From positions 13,484-77,483 of the forward strand of contig DIPH01000001.1 of assembly GCA_002424045.1 (NCBI GenBank): DNA of 64,000 nt, read 5' to 3'. This DNA is from Firmicutes bacterium UBA5493 (GTDB lineage: Bacteria > Bacillota > Limnochordia > Darwinibacteriales > Darwinibacteriaceae). Position 1 is the stretch's first letter. Every line of letters starts with the position of its first letter. The translations under genes and the position numbers were made by a program. The notes below the pieces were generated by a model that saw only the letters and a list, made by a program, of their open reading frames with translations, did no database searches and was not told the origin of the DNA. Below are positions 29,027-38,846 of the stretch, in pieces.

Positions 29027-31084
29027 CTAGCCACTTGATGGTACCCTCCTATAGCTTTCAAGCTCCCAATCGGCCCGCACGAGTCGGGCCACAACCACCA
29101 TCATATCATCTTCTATACGACCATCGGCTACATCAATGCTGTCCGCAAGAATCGCCTCGGCCATGAGCGACATGTCGTCTGACTCCTGCAGACGCCGGAG
29201 GTTCCAACACATCCACTCATCCTTCCGGGCAACACTGCGCTGGGCATCCAAGACGCCGTCGGTAGTCATGACTAAGACTTCGCCCTCCTGTAGCATTCTC
29301 CTATCGGATTCAACATCAACCTGCGATAAAACACCAACTGGAAGTGTGTGGTTGTAGATAATCTCCACCTCGCGTCCTCGCTTAATAAAACTTGGAGCTG
29401 CACCAATCTTAGCAAATTCCAGTTGCCCCGAGAAGAGATCGACTACAACCAGATCGATGGTGACAAACATATCATCCTGATTACGCAGGATAAGTAAGCG
29501 GTTGATCAGAGACACTGAGGTGGCAAGATCATAACCGGCCTTAATCATCCGCTCTAATAGACGCAGCGTCACATTGCTTTCGGTATGAGCCTTGAGGCCT
29601 ACACCCATCCCATCGCTTAATACGATAGCAACTTTGCTGGAGGCGATCTCAAAGGTGATCTGATTGTCTCCCGACACTTCTTGACTGGCCACTTTGGCCT
29701 TTCCGATTTCCACTTTATAATGTGGACAGGGAGATATTTTAAACCCACAGGTTTTCTCCGATTGGCAATTGCGGTTCGTTACGCCATAGCGTTGCGATTC
29801 AATGGTACCACTGGCAAAATCAGCGACCTCTCGGCAGAAGGTCCCTGTACCGCATGGCCCTTTTCGAGCTCCATAGATCTCATACCCATCGAGTGTGGGC
29901 AATACGGTAATATGAGAAAGATCACTCTGAGAAAAACGCCTCAGGAGAACCTCCTCGAGCTCCTTGGTAAAGGCCGCCTCAGGCGAGAAGGATGTTTTCA
30001 TGGTTTTCAACAGCTCTGCCATACTGTGCATCTGTCTGTGAAAGAGAGGATTTTCGTTATCCAGCAGATTATTTTCCAACTCCTCAAAGACGGTGAGATA
30101 TCCATCGATTTTTTTGTCAAATACTTTCTTAAGATGCTCATCATAGCCCTGGCTTTGTTTTTGATGGGAGTCTGTACCAGGGACTATACGGGCTAGGAGA
30201 TTTAGGCGTTCTTGAGGTACCCTCCCCGCGAACCAAACAGCTGCAAGTATTACGAAGAGCCACGTGATGGTCTCAGCATCCGCGGGTCCCGAAGCAGAGA
30301 AGACCAAGGCCAAAAGGGAACCCACATAGTAGCCCCAATTAAATTTGTGAAAAAAGCCAGTCAGAAGACTGGCAATCACAATGAACAACACCATTTGGAC
30401 CGGTTCGCCCAAGAGGAGTGCCAAGAGGGCTAAGGCAGGACCTAGAACACAAGAAACACCCAGACCGCCCAGGCGCGCCCCTAAGGCAATCAGGGTACAC
30501 ACTAAGAACAGGCGAGGCGAGAACCCTCCCCAATTCCAATTGACGGACACCGTTAGGGTCAAGGCAAATAGAAACGCATACAACTCCGCCCAACCCAATT
30601 GCTTCTCGAAGCATCGCTCCAAGGCAGGATACAGCAATCTATAGATAAATACAGCAAAAACACATTCGGTAACGGCCACGATAATGACCATGGGAATCGG
30701 TTGCAAGAGGTAGTGCAAAACCAGCTTGACACCTAGAAGGCTCGTGATCAGCCAGGTTCTACCCTTCTTTTCACCTACTCCTGGTGCGAAGGAAATGACA
30801 GCCAAGGCCCCATAATAGGGCAAAGACAAGCGAAAGCCAACATAGCTTGTCAACCCTAAAGCAACGCCCACAAGTGGAAGACCAAGTTGTTTAGGTCGTA
30901 GCCTTCGAAAGACGGCCACATAAGCCAGACCAAAAGGCCAGATTTCGCCGAAGATCGCTGCCCTTCCCGCCAAAAAACCAATCATGCCCCAGGCGAGGGG
31001 TGAGTTGGCCCAGCCCATTAATACTTGGTAGAACTTAAATCTATCCTCACCTGACGATACAGGCAGTGACAGCGTCTTCGCCAC
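29027..31084 (-). CDS. spoIIE: stage II sporulation protein E (PP2C phosphatase with a polytopic N-terminal domain)
   Basis: About 10 N-terminal TM helices, then a PP2C domain (IVLSDGMGVG...VMTTDGV). GTG start with a GGAGG RBS. Confidence 0.85.
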   Translation of the reverse strand: MAKTLSLPVSSGEDRFKFYQVLMGWANSPLAWGMIGFLAGRAAIFGEIWPFGLAYVAVFRRLRPKQLGLPLVGVALGLTSYVGFRLSLPYYGALAVISFAPGVGEKKGRTWLITSLLGVKLVLHYLLQPIPMVIIVAVTECVFAVFIYRLLYPALERCFEKQLGWAELYAFLFALTLTVSVNWNWGGFSPRLFLVCTLIALGARLGGLGVSCVLGPALALLALLLGEPVQMVLFIVIASLLTGFFHKFNWGYYVGSLLALVFSASGPADAETITWLFVILAAVWFAGRVPQERLNLLARIVPGTDSHQKQSQGYDEHLKKVFDKKIDGYLTVFEELENNLLDNENPLFHRQMHSMAELLKTMKTSFSPEAAFTKELEEVLLRRFSQSDLSHITVLPTLDGYEIYGARKGPCGTGTFCREVADFASGTIESQRYGVTNRNCQSEKTCGFKISPCPHYKVEIGKAKVASQEVSGDNQITFEIASSKVAIVLSDGMGVGLKAHTESNVTLRLLERMIKAGYDLATSVSLINRLLILRNQDDMFVTIDLVVVDLFSGQLEFAKIGAAPSFIKRGREVEIIYNHTLPVGVLSQVDVESDRRMLQEGEVLVMTTDGVLDAQRSVARKDEWMCWNLRRLQESDDMSLMAEAILADSIDVADGRIEDDMMVVVARLVRADWELESYRRVPSSG

Positions 31085-31191
31085 ACAATCATCTCCTTCC
31101 AGCCTACTTACAATAGCAGGAAAACGTAAAGGGACGTGTCGAAGACTGTGGAAAAGGCAAATTACTTCTCACATTTTTCCGATATATGCGA

Positions 31192-31220
31192 AAAAACCCT
31201 ACAAAATTTGTAGGGTTTTA
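31192..31220 (-). terminator. rho-independent terminator following tRNA-Met
   Basis: AACCCTACAAAtttTGTAGGGTT followed by TTTTTTCG on the minus strand, directly after the tRNA 3' end. Confidence 0.6.
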
Positions 31221-31229
31221 TGGCTTTTT

Positions 31230-31306
31230 TGGTAGCGGCGGCTGGATTTGAACCAGCGACTCTACGGGTATGAACCGTATGCTCTGACCAACTGAGCTAC
31301 GCCGCC
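31230..31306 (-). tRNA. tRNA-Met (CAU), elongator type
   Basis: 77 nt. GGCGGCG acceptor with a G1-C72 pair, anticodon arm TACGG-TTCATAC-CCGTA, T-arm GGTTCAAATCC, CCA encoded. Confidence 0.85.
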
Positions 31307-31368
31307 AGACATTGTATATTATACAGAGCCCCTACCCCAATGTCAAGAGTACTTTTAGGACCTTCAAG

Positions 31369-33474
31369 CTAAAACAAATGGTTTTGAATGATGAAGGAAG
31401 CAAAGACCACAGAAATCATGGATATCAACTTAATGAGGATGTCTAGGGATGGCCCCACAGTATCTTTTAGAGGGTCTCCCACCGTGTCGCCGGTAACAGC
31501 TGCATGGTGAGCTTCGGAACCTGGTCCGCCATGATGCCCTTCTTCAATGTATTTCTTGGCATTATCCCACGCTCCACCAGAATTTCCAGTAAAGACCGCT
31601 AATCCAATTCCTGACAAAAGACCTCCAGTTAGTATACCCATGACACCCTCTACCCCAAAGATCAGACCGCCCACTATAGGAGTAAGAACTGCCAACACAG
31701 CAGGGACAATCATCTCTTTAAGGGATGCTTGAGTACAAATATCCACACACAAAGCATAGTCTGGTTTAGCCTCTCCCTCGAGAAGACCTTTAATCTCCCT
31801 GAATTGACGCCGCACTTCTTCCACAACCTTTTGTGCAGTACGCCCAACAGCCGTCATGGCCATGGCGCTAAACACAAAGGCAAGCATGCTTCCTAACAGG
31901 AGTCCAGCCAAGACATTGGTATTTAGCACTGTGAAATCCAAGGCCAAATCCAGACCAAGGTCATTGATGATTAATACAACCTGATCACGATAGGCGGCAA
32001 TTAGAGCTAAAGCTGTTAGTGCAGCTGAGCCAATACAGAAACCCTTACCCGTTGCTGCAGTTGTATTACCCAAAGAATCTAGGGCATCAGTGCGTTCGCG
32101 TACAATGTGTGGTTGATGACTCATTTCCGCAATTCCGCCAGCATTATCCGCGATAGGTCCATAAGCGTCTGTAGCCAACGTGACTCCGAGGGTACTGAGC
32201 ATACCAACCGATGCCAATCCGATACCGTACAGGCCAAGGCTAAAGTTACCTGCTCCTCCAGCAACAAGGAAGCTTGCCATAATGGTGGCCACAATTAAGA
32301 GGGTGAAAGATCCTAAGGAACCCATACCAACAGCCAAGCCTTGGATAACCACCGTGGCATGTCCAGATACGGCACTTTCGGCCACTCCCTTCGTTGGCTT
32401 ATACTGTGCTGAAGTGTAGTATTCGGTAATCAAGCCAATACCAATACCACAAATGAGACCGAAAAGGACGGAAAAGTACAATCCCACGCGGCTCCAGCCA
32501 AAGGCACTTACAACAATAGGAAGAGTGACTACTGCAATAATACCGGCAGCGGTAAAGGTTCCTTTGCGTAAAGCCAAAAGAAGCTCTTTTTGATTTGCGT
32601 CTTCTCCGGTCTTGATAAAACGTAGACCAATGATAGAAGCAAGAATGCCGGCTGCAGCCAAGGCCATGGGTACTGCAATGCCCATCGTACCAAAGCCAGC
32701 CCCTACAGCCAGTGCCAAGGTAGCAATGATGGCTCCCACATAGGACTCAAACAGGTCGGCTCCAAGGCCAGCAATGTCCCCCACATTGTCACCGACGTTA
32801 TCGGCAATTACCGCTGGATTCCGGGGATCATCCTCTGGAATATTTGCTTCAATCTTGCCAACCAAATCAGCCCCCACATCAGCGGCTTTCGTATAAATTC
32901 CACCGCCAACTCTAGCAAATAGAGCCATCGAGCTAGCTCCAACCCCAAATGTCAGCATAGTGCCGGTAATCTGCTGAATACGAGCTGCCTCTCCCAAATT
33001 GCGAAAATACCAGTTCAATAAGAAATACCAAGAGCTTAAGTGAAATAATCCCAAACCAACTACAACCAGACCCATCACGGCTCCTCCAGCCAATGCAACT
33101 TTCAGAGCACCGTTTAGACTGCTTCTTGCGGCATTCGTTGTCCGGGAATTAGCATGAGTAGCCATACTCATACCTACGAATCCTGCAAGTCCTGAAAAAC
33201 CAGCCCCAGAAATAAAAGCCCAGGGCACGAAAACACTTAAATAATCAAAGTACACAAATACATACAAAACGACAAACATTACCAAGAAGAAAACTGCCAC
33301 CGTTCGATATTGGCGTCTAATATACGCTCGGGCACCGATCCTAATCGCTTCCGCGATTTCAATTATCTCTTCTGTACCTTCTTCGTATTTCATTACTGTG
33401 CGCCAATAATAGACCACGAATAGTAAGGCGACCACCGCACTCACAGGTGCTAGGTAGATCAAATATTGAGACAT
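31369..33474 (-). CDS. hppA: membrane-bound H+/Na+-translocating pyrophosphatase
   Basis: Conserved [11 protein letters not shown] and DNVGDNVGD motifs. About 700 aa polytopic protein. ATG 33474 with a GGAAAGGGA RBS; the ORF-track start at 33510 is TTG. Confidence 0.9.
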   Translation of the reverse strand: MSQYLIYLAPVSAVVALLFVVYYWRTVMKYEEGTEEIIEIAEAIRIGARAYIRRQYRTVAVFFLVMFVVLYVFVYFDYLSVFVPWAFISGAGFSGLAGFVGMSMATHANSRTTNAARSSLNGALKVALAGGAVMGLVVVGLGLFHLSSWYFLLNWYFRNLGEAARIQQITGTMLTFGVGASSMALFARVGGGIYTKAADVGADLVGKIEANIPEDDPRNPAVIADNVGDNVGDIAGLGADLFESYVGAIIATLALAVGAGFGTMGIAVPMALAAAGILASIIGLRFIKTGEDANQKELLLALRKGTFTAAGIIAVVTLPIVVSAFGWSRVGLYFSVLFGLICGIGIGLITEYYTSAQYKPTKGVAESAVSGHATVVIQGLAVGMGSLGSFTLLIVATIMASFLVAGGAGNFSLGLYGIGLASVGMLSTLGVTLATDAYGPIADNAGGIAEMSHQPHIVRERTDALDSLGNTTAATGKGFCIGSAALTALALIAAYRDQVVLIINDLGLDLALDFTVLNTNVLAGLLLGSMLAFVFSAMAMTAVGRTAQKVVEEVRRQFREIKGLLEGEAKPDYALCVDICTQASLKEMIVPAVLAVLTPIVGGLIFGVEGVMGILTGGLLSGIGLAVFTGNSGGAWDNAKKYIEEGHHGGPGSEAHHAAVTGDTVGDPLKDTVGPSLDILIKLISMISVVFASFIIQNHLF

Positions 33475-33653
33475 TCTTGCAGCATCCCTTTCCAAATAGT
33501 TGTAAGCCAATCTACCCCAGACTTAATAACTTATTTGCTATTTCCCCCCTAAATCCTGCTTGATAGTTTTATTACTATTAAATCAAGAAGAAAGAAAACT
33601 ACGAGCTGTTGTCGAATGCTATCATAGGATAATATTGCTTGGGGGGTTATGCT

Positions 33654-34790
33654 TTGAAACGAGCGGTACAAACTACATGCGTTTTAGTTTTAATTTCGGT
33701 CTTATTCCTTGCTTTACTACTAAGCGGTAGTGTTTTAGCTTCTGCACCTCCTCAGGATGATTCAGTCATCTATCGAGGGCGTATACTCGATGTTGCGCCC
33801 ATTGAGCCACAACCCTACGACGAGGATAGTTGGGAGAACCAAATCATAACAATGCATCTATTATCTGGACCGCACCAAGGCGAGACTATCCAAATCCTCC
33901 ATACCCTCACGGGCCATCCCTATTATGATCTAGTGGTCAAAGAGGGCGACCGCGTGGTGTTAGAAGCTGATTTCAGCGGCACCGAGCCAGAGTATTTCTT
34001 AAGCGATTTTTCAAGAAAAACACCCCTGGCCGTTATCACCATCCTTTTTATCCTCTCCATTGTGTTCATCGGAGGCCGCCAAGGAGTTAAGGCCGTCATC
34101 TCCCTCGTTGGCATGGGCATAGTGATCTTAACCATGATCCTTCCTCTGGTCTTAAGGGGCCATAATCCCATTGTGGTAACGGTGGGATTATCCTCGGTTC
34201 TTACCGGACTTTTTATCCTCCTTGTCGCCGGTTACAGCAAAAAGACTGCTGCAGCCGTGTGCGGAACTGTAGGAGGCCTTGTGACGGCGGGAATTCTTGC
34301 CTACATCAGTGGCAAAGCCAGTTACCTCACGGGGCTCGCCTCAAGCGAAGCGCAGATGTTGCAGTACATGGACTCGTCCATTGACTTTCAAGGCTTGCTC
34401 TTCTCCGGCATGATCATTGGTGCCCTAGGCGCGATTTTAGACGTTGGGATCAGTATTGCATCTGCCATGGAGCAAATAAAAGAAGCCGATCCCACAACCG
34501 ACTTTAAGACGCTTTTCTCCAGGGGCATTTTGGTGGGCAGAGATCTAATCGCCACCATGTCCAACACCCTAATTCTGGCCTATGTTGGTTCTTCTCTCCC
34601 TTTATTGCTCCTTTTCCAGGCAAGCCAAAGTAGCTGGAGTGAAGTTTTGAACCTAGATATGGTGGCCTCTGAAATCATCCGGGCCATGACCGGGAGTATT
34701 GGCTTGACCTTAGCAATTCCCATCACCGCTCTTGTCTCTGCTCTGCTCCTGGTCAAGCCTCAAGACAAAGGCCAAGATTTGGGCAACTAA
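33654..34790 (+). CDS. YibE/F-family membrane protein
   Basis: N-terminal signal/TM, then many TM helices. Recognised from the typical YibE/F architecture. Start taken at TTG 33654 (uncertain; 33639 is also possible). Confidence 0.7.
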   Translation: MKRAVQTTCVLVLISVLFLALLLSGSVLASAPPQDDSVIYRGRILDVAPIEPQPYDEDSWENQIITMHLLSGPHQGETIQILHTLTGHPYYDLVVKEGDRVVLEADFSGTEPEYFLSDFSRKTPLAVITILFILSIVFIGGRQGVKAVISLVGMGIVILTMILPLVLRGHNPIVVTVGLSSVLTGLFILLVAGYSKKTAAAVCGTVGGLVTAGILAYISGKASYLTGLASSEAQMLQYMDSSIDFQGLLFSGMIIGALGAILDVGISIASAMEQIKEADPTTDFKTLFSRGILVGRDLIATMSNTLILAYVGSSLPLLLLFQASQSSWSEVLNLDMVASEIIRAMTGSIGLTLAIPITALVSALLLVKPQDKGQDLGN

Positions 34791-34991
34791 CCCATAGAGT
34801 TCAGGTGGAACTTCCGAACCCACTGGTAGCTCAGCCAGAGCCTCCACTAACTCAGAATGCTCATAAAAAGGTATCTGGTTCTTAGCCGCTATCTCCATGA
34901 CTTTCTCTGCTAAATAACCTTGCCCTGAAGCCACCACTTCTGGGGCTTGGTTTTTCTGGCGGTCATAGCGTAATGCCACTGCCTTGCGCAT
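34710..34991 (-). CDS. FlhB C-terminal-domain homologue (EscU/YscU/HrcU family; YlqH-like)
   Basis: 93 aa. Matches the stand-alone FlhB-C-terminal-like proteins of Firmicutes in length and sequence (MRKAVALRYDRQKNQAPEVVASGQGYLAEKV...IPFYEHSELVEAL). Overlaps the yibE/F 3' end by 81 nt in convergent orientation. Confidence 0.75.
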   Translation of the reverse strand: MRKAVALRYDRQKNQAPEVVASGQGYLAEKVMEIAAKNQIPFYEHSELVEALAELPVGSEVPPELYGLVAQILAFVLRLDQEQSRDKSGDGNC

Positions 34992-36042
34992 TGTCCCATC
35001 CCCTAACTGTTAGCTCCCTGGGATTCCAGCCAGAAGCACCCAATTCTTGTTCCAATTCTTCCAGGGCCTCCTCTGCACGTTCTAGATGCTCCCCAACCTT
35101 CAGAGTAACCGCCACAGTGTTGCCTCGCACCAAAAGCTCTGCCCCTACCAAACCCAAAGTGGAGGTTGGAATCTCAAGCTCCAACCAGAAACTCCCTCGC
35201 TCATCACCTTCTTCCTTCAAGCTGTCTTCATCCCTTGTAATCCGTACCCAAGCGGCATGAAGATCGTCTTTGCGCAAGAAAGGCAACGCCAGTACATATT
35301 CCAACTGGTTTGGGTTACTTTGCCTGCCCAGTAAAGACTCTACAAAGCGCTCTTCCACAAGAAGGCGAGCCAGTGCCTTGAAAGTCTCGCCCTCGGAAAA
35401 CCTGTTGTTCCAGCGAGCACGGCTCTCCAAACTTGGACGTTCCAAGATCTCCTGAAGATCAGGAGGAAGACTGTCCCTGGCCCCTGCGAGGATGGCATCG
35501 CCAAGAGGTCTAGCTTTCAACTGCGTCACCATGGCCAGAAGTTCTGGTTTGAGGGGAAACTTGGCCTGCAAGACCAAGAAAGCTTCTTCTAGTTGCCCCT
35601 CTTCAGCCCAGGGAAGTAGAGACCACACTAGGGGCTCCTGCAGGGGAAACCCCCTCTCCATAAGACCCTGGGCCACAAGGACGGCCTCCTCTGTAGGGGG
35701 GATATTTAGCTCTACTAGGACCTGCTCGATTTGCTTAGAATTTAGCCCTGGCTGCCCCGCCGAGACCTCCACAGATGGTTGGTGGGGAAGCCTCTTCAAA
35801 GCAACGCTGGCACCTTCCTGCGTGAGCTCCACAAGCTGTCCCGGAGCTAAAGAACGCCCCTGCAAGGGCAACTCCACTTCGACTTCTTCATTCTGCAAGA
35901 AAACAAAAACGGAGGAAGGCGTGAAGCGCCTCACTATACCACGGAGAACATCCTGTTCAGCCAAAAGTTTGAGCAGGGTGTTGACCATGTTGTTTGAGGG
36001 TTGATTCGGTTTGCCACCTGACGAGTGAATGTTAATGCGCAT
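34963..36042 (-). CDS. hypothetical protein upstream of the flhB-like gene (YlqG position); low-complexity, Leu/Glu-rich
   Basis: ATG 36042 with a GGGAGGGAGAAGA RBS. Overlaps the flhB-like start by 29 nt. No recognisable motif. Confidence 0.5.
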   Translation of the reverse strand: MRINIHSSGGKPNQPSNNMVNTLLKLLAEQDVLRGIVRRFTPSSVFVFLQNEEVEVELPLQGRSLAPGQLVELTQEGASVALKRLPHQPSVEVSAGQPGLNSKQIEQVLVELNIPPTEEAVLVAQGLMERGFPLQEPLVWSLLPWAEEGQLEEAFLVLQAKFPLKPELLAMVTQLKARPLGDAILAGARDSLPPDLQEILERPSLESRARWNNRFSEGETFKALARLLVEERFVESLLGRQSNPNQLEYVLALPFLRKDDLHAAWVRITRDEDSLKEEGDERGSFWLELEIPTSTLGLVGAELLVRGNTVAVTLKVGEHLERAEEALEELEQELGASGWNPRELTVRGWDNAQGSGITL

Positions 36043-36062
36043 TCTTCTCCCTCCCACAGCAT

Positions 36063-37319
36063 CTACTCTCTAACAAGCATTAGGACCTGACGGAGCGTAA
36101 GACGCTTCCCGTACATCAAAATTCCAATGCGATAAATCTTCCCGGATATCCAGGCACCAACGAGCACAGAGACCAGCAAAACGAGTACGGAGGCAATGAC
36201 CTCCATTAGTGACGGACTTCCCAACACAATGCGGGAAAACATGACCATAGGTGATGTGAATGGAATCAGAGATGTGGCTACGGCAAATCCGCTATTGGGA
36301 TTCAGGAATGAAATGTAGGCACCAAAAAAGCCGACCATAATCAACATCATGATAATGGTAACAACCTGGCTGACTTCTTCCACTCGCGACACAAGGGCTC
36401 CCGCGGCTGCGAAAATTGAGGCATAGAGAAAATAGCCCAAGACAAAGTAGAGACCAAACCACAATACGGTGTCGAGGGGAATTGTGCTGAGGGGCTCACT
36501 GATCCCAAGCATCATCCCTAAGGCACCAGAGCTACCCATGGTGTTCATAAGCAGACCGGTGCCAATCCAGATGAAGAATTGCAAAAGGCCCAAAGAACCT
36601 ACACCTATAATCTTTCCCAACATCAATTCCAGTGGTTTCACTGTGGAAACCATCACTTCCATAATGCGTGAACTTTTCTCTTCTGCCACGCCAGAGGCCA
36701 CCATATTACCGTACATAATCAGGGCCATGTAAATCATAAACAGCAAGAAGTAGGCCAATACCATGGCCTGGGCATGAGCAGCACTGTCCACCTCTTCCCC
36801 GTCCTCACCTAAGGGAGACACCTCCCGGATTCGGAAATCAGCCGGGCTAAAAAGGCTCGACACATCTTCCGCGGACAGTCCCAAACGCACAGCATTGTGG
36901 CGGCTGACCGCTAAATTAAGGATATTTTCAATTTCATCATTTAACATCATGTTGCTCGCATCAGCTGTGACGAGAGTGTATAGAGGACCATCTACAAGCA
37001 AGAGACCCGATAATCCTTCATCAAGAACCATACGATATGCTTCCCGCTCGTCGAGATCACTTCCTGAGCGCACCGTGAAGCCGTCCCTTTCCACACTCAC
37101 CTGCTGTAAAAAGGGAAATATACTGCTTTTTCCAGGCTGTTCATAGACCACGAGATCAATCTGTCCTGGAGTAATGCTAGCAGAAAAGCGTTCGATCAAG
37201 GGGGGCAGAAACGACAAGCCCACAAAAACCAGTACACCGAGTATTGTTGTAATAATATAGGCGGTTCCCTTAACCCTGGAGGTAAACTCGCGTTTCACCA
37301 AGACAGGTATCATGCTCAC
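36063..37319 (-). CDS. ABC-2 type exporter permease (NatB-like)
   Basis: 418 aa. N-terminal TM, a large extracytoplasmic loop, and 5 C-terminal TM helices. Overlaps the upstream ATPase by 4 nt. Confidence 0.7.
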   Translation of the reverse strand: MSMIPVLVKREFTSRVKGTAYIITTILGVLVFVGLSFLPPLIERFSASITPGQIDLVVYEQPGKSSIFPFLQQVSVERDGFTVRSGSDLDEREAYRMVLDEGLSGLLLVDGPLYTLVTADASNMMLNDEIENILNLAVSRHNAVRLGLSAEDVSSLFSPADFRIREVSPLGEDGEEVDSAAHAQAMVLAYFLLFMIYMALIMYGNMVASGVAEEKSSRIMEVMVSTVKPLELMLGKIIGVGSLGLLQFFIWIGTGLLMNTMGSSGALGMMLGISEPLSTIPLDTVLWFGLYFVLGYFLYASIFAAAGALVSRVEEVSQVVTIIMMLIMVGFFGAYISFLNPNSGFAVATSLIPFTSPMVMFSRIVLGSPSLMEVIASVLVLLVSVLVGAWISGKIYRIGILMYGKRLTLRQVLMLVRE

Positions 37320-38212
37320 GCCCCCACACCTACCTTCTCCACAAAGATCTGATCAAGGGATGGTTCTACTAATTCAAAGCGAAGCACTTGCCCCGCCTGC
37401 ATAGCTTCCCTCAGTACGTAATTAGGATCAACGCCCTCTCCTAAGCGAAACTCTTGGAAATCCGCACGGGAGGTCAAAAGCTCCATCCCCGGTATCTTAT
37501 ACCAGAAATCTTCGTTACCTTCCAGAGAAATCCTCAGGATCTGTCTGCCCATGGATCTTTTGATCTGTCTCAGGTTACCGTGCAAAACCAGGCGCCCCCG
37601 ATCGATCAAGACAATATCCTCGCAAATCTCTTCCACTTGATCCATGCGATGGCTGGAGAAAATGATGGTTTTCCCCCTCTTATGGGATTCCAACAAAACC
37701 TCTTTGAGCAGTGCGGTATTCACTGGGTCTAAACCACTAAAGGGCTCGTCTAAGACCAGTAATTCAGGGTCGTGGAGCATGGTTCCGATGGTCTGAACTT
37801 TCTGTTGGTTGCCTTTAGACAGCTCTTCAATGCGTTTGTGGCGTAGTTCACCTAGATCAAAGCGATCGATCCAGCGTTCGGTCTCTATCTGGGCCTTGCG
37901 CTTGTCCAGTCCATGAATGCGTCCTAGAAACTCTAGATGCTCTGCCACTCGCATCTTAGGATAGAGTCCCCGTTCTTCCGGCAAGTAACCAAAGAAACCG
38001 CGACCTAATCGGCGGAAGGGCGTACCGTTCCAGGTCACTTGCCCTTCGTCGGGTCTAATAATGCCCAACACCACACGCATAGTCGTTGTCTTTCCCGCAC
38101 CATTGGGCCCCAAAAAGCCAAAGAGGGATCCCCCTTGCACAGAGAAAGTCAAATTGTCCACCGCGGTGACATCCCGAAAACGCTTAGTAATCTCTGCTGC
38201 AATCAATGACAT
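37316..38212 (-). CDS. ABC transporter ATP-binding protein (NatA-like)
   Basis: Walker A GPNGAGKTT, signature LSKGNQQK, Walker B LLVLDEPFSGLDP. Confidence 0.85.
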   Translation of the reverse strand: MSLIAAEITKRFRDVTAVDNLTFSVQGGSLFGFLGPNGAGKTTTMRVVLGIIRPDEGQVTWNGTPFRRLGRGFFGYLPEERGLYPKMRVAEHLEFLGRIHGLDKRKAQIETERWIDRFDLGELRHKRIEELSKGNQQKVQTIGTMLHDPELLVLDEPFSGLDPVNTALLKEVLLESHKRGKTIIFSSHRMDQVEEICEDIVLIDRGRLVLHGNLRQIKRSMGRQILRISLEGNEDFWYKIPGMELLTSRADFQEFRLGEGVDPNYVLREAMQAGQVLRFELVEPSLDQIFVEKVGVGA

Positions 38213-38223
38213 AGCCTTCCCTC

Positions 38224-38643
38224 CTAGGAACAAGCTCGGGCAACAATTCGAAAATCCGCTTCATGATCATAGAAACGACGGGTAATCTTTCTGGCCACAA
38301 TGGCACCTAACAAAAGGCCTGCCACTGCACCGAGCCCCGCCTGGGGATCACTTCCCGTAATCAAACGAGTTACAAGATAACCAATAAAGAGGGATATGAA
38401 GGGGACGCCGTATAACACTGCGATTGCCTTAATTAGGGGACCAATTTCGCCATCCAGAATGACTTCATCCCCTACCTCATACTGATTGCGGGTGTCACGT
38501 GTCCGCACAATATAATCCTCGGGTGGTCTGTCTGGTGTGAGCCGAATGCACCCCTTACAGTTACCACAGGTACGGGCCGGATCTTGGATTTCGACCACCA
38601 CTTCTTTATCGGTCTTCTCAATAACAACTCCCCTACGACGCAT
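38224..38643 (-). CDS. RseC/MucC (SoxR-reducing system) family membrane protein
   Basis: About 140 aa. Cys cluster CGNCKGC and two C-terminal TM helices. ATG 38643 with an AGGAGG RBS. Confidence 0.62.
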   Translation of the reverse strand: MRRRGVVIEKTDKEVVVEIQDPARTCGNCKGCIRLTPDRPPEDYIVRTRDTRNQYEVGDEVILDGEIGPLIKAIAVLYGVPFISLFIGYLVTRLITGSDPQAGLGAVAGLLLGAIVARKITRRFYDHEADFRIVARACS

Positions 38644-38717
38644 GGGAATCCTCCTTTCTCCAGATAAGAAAAAGCCCTTGCTAAAATCGAGAAACACTTG
38701 TATAATTAGTATTGCTT

Positions 38718-38794
38718 GGAGCCGTGGTGTAGTTGGTTAACACGTCGGCCTGTCACGCCGAAGATCGCGAGTTCGAGTCTCGTCGGTTCCGCCA
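38718..38794 (+). tRNA. tRNA-Asp (GUC)
   Basis: 77 nt. Anticodon arm TCGGC-CTGTCAC-GCCGA, T-arm GGTTCGAGTCC, CCA encoded. A candidate promoter (TTGCTA, 17 nt spacer, TATAAT) lies at 38678-38706. Confidence 0.9.
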
Positions 38795-38807
38795 TTTTTG
38801 CTTAAGT

Positions 38808-38846
38808 GCGATTTAGTGTCATGGATGACGCTAAATCGTCTTTTTT
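38808..38846 (+). terminator. terminator after tRNA-Asp; the T-tract contains the sdaAA stop
   Basis: GCGATTTAGtgtcatggatgacgCTAAATCG followed by TCTTTTTT. Confidence 0.5.

Noticed and set aside
35492-36004. 170-aa plus-strand ORF antisense to the YlqG-position hypothetical gene
   Set aside because: Low-complexity (Ser/Cys/Arg-rich). The sense-strand gene has an RBS and is coupled to the flhB-like gene. Antisense artefact.
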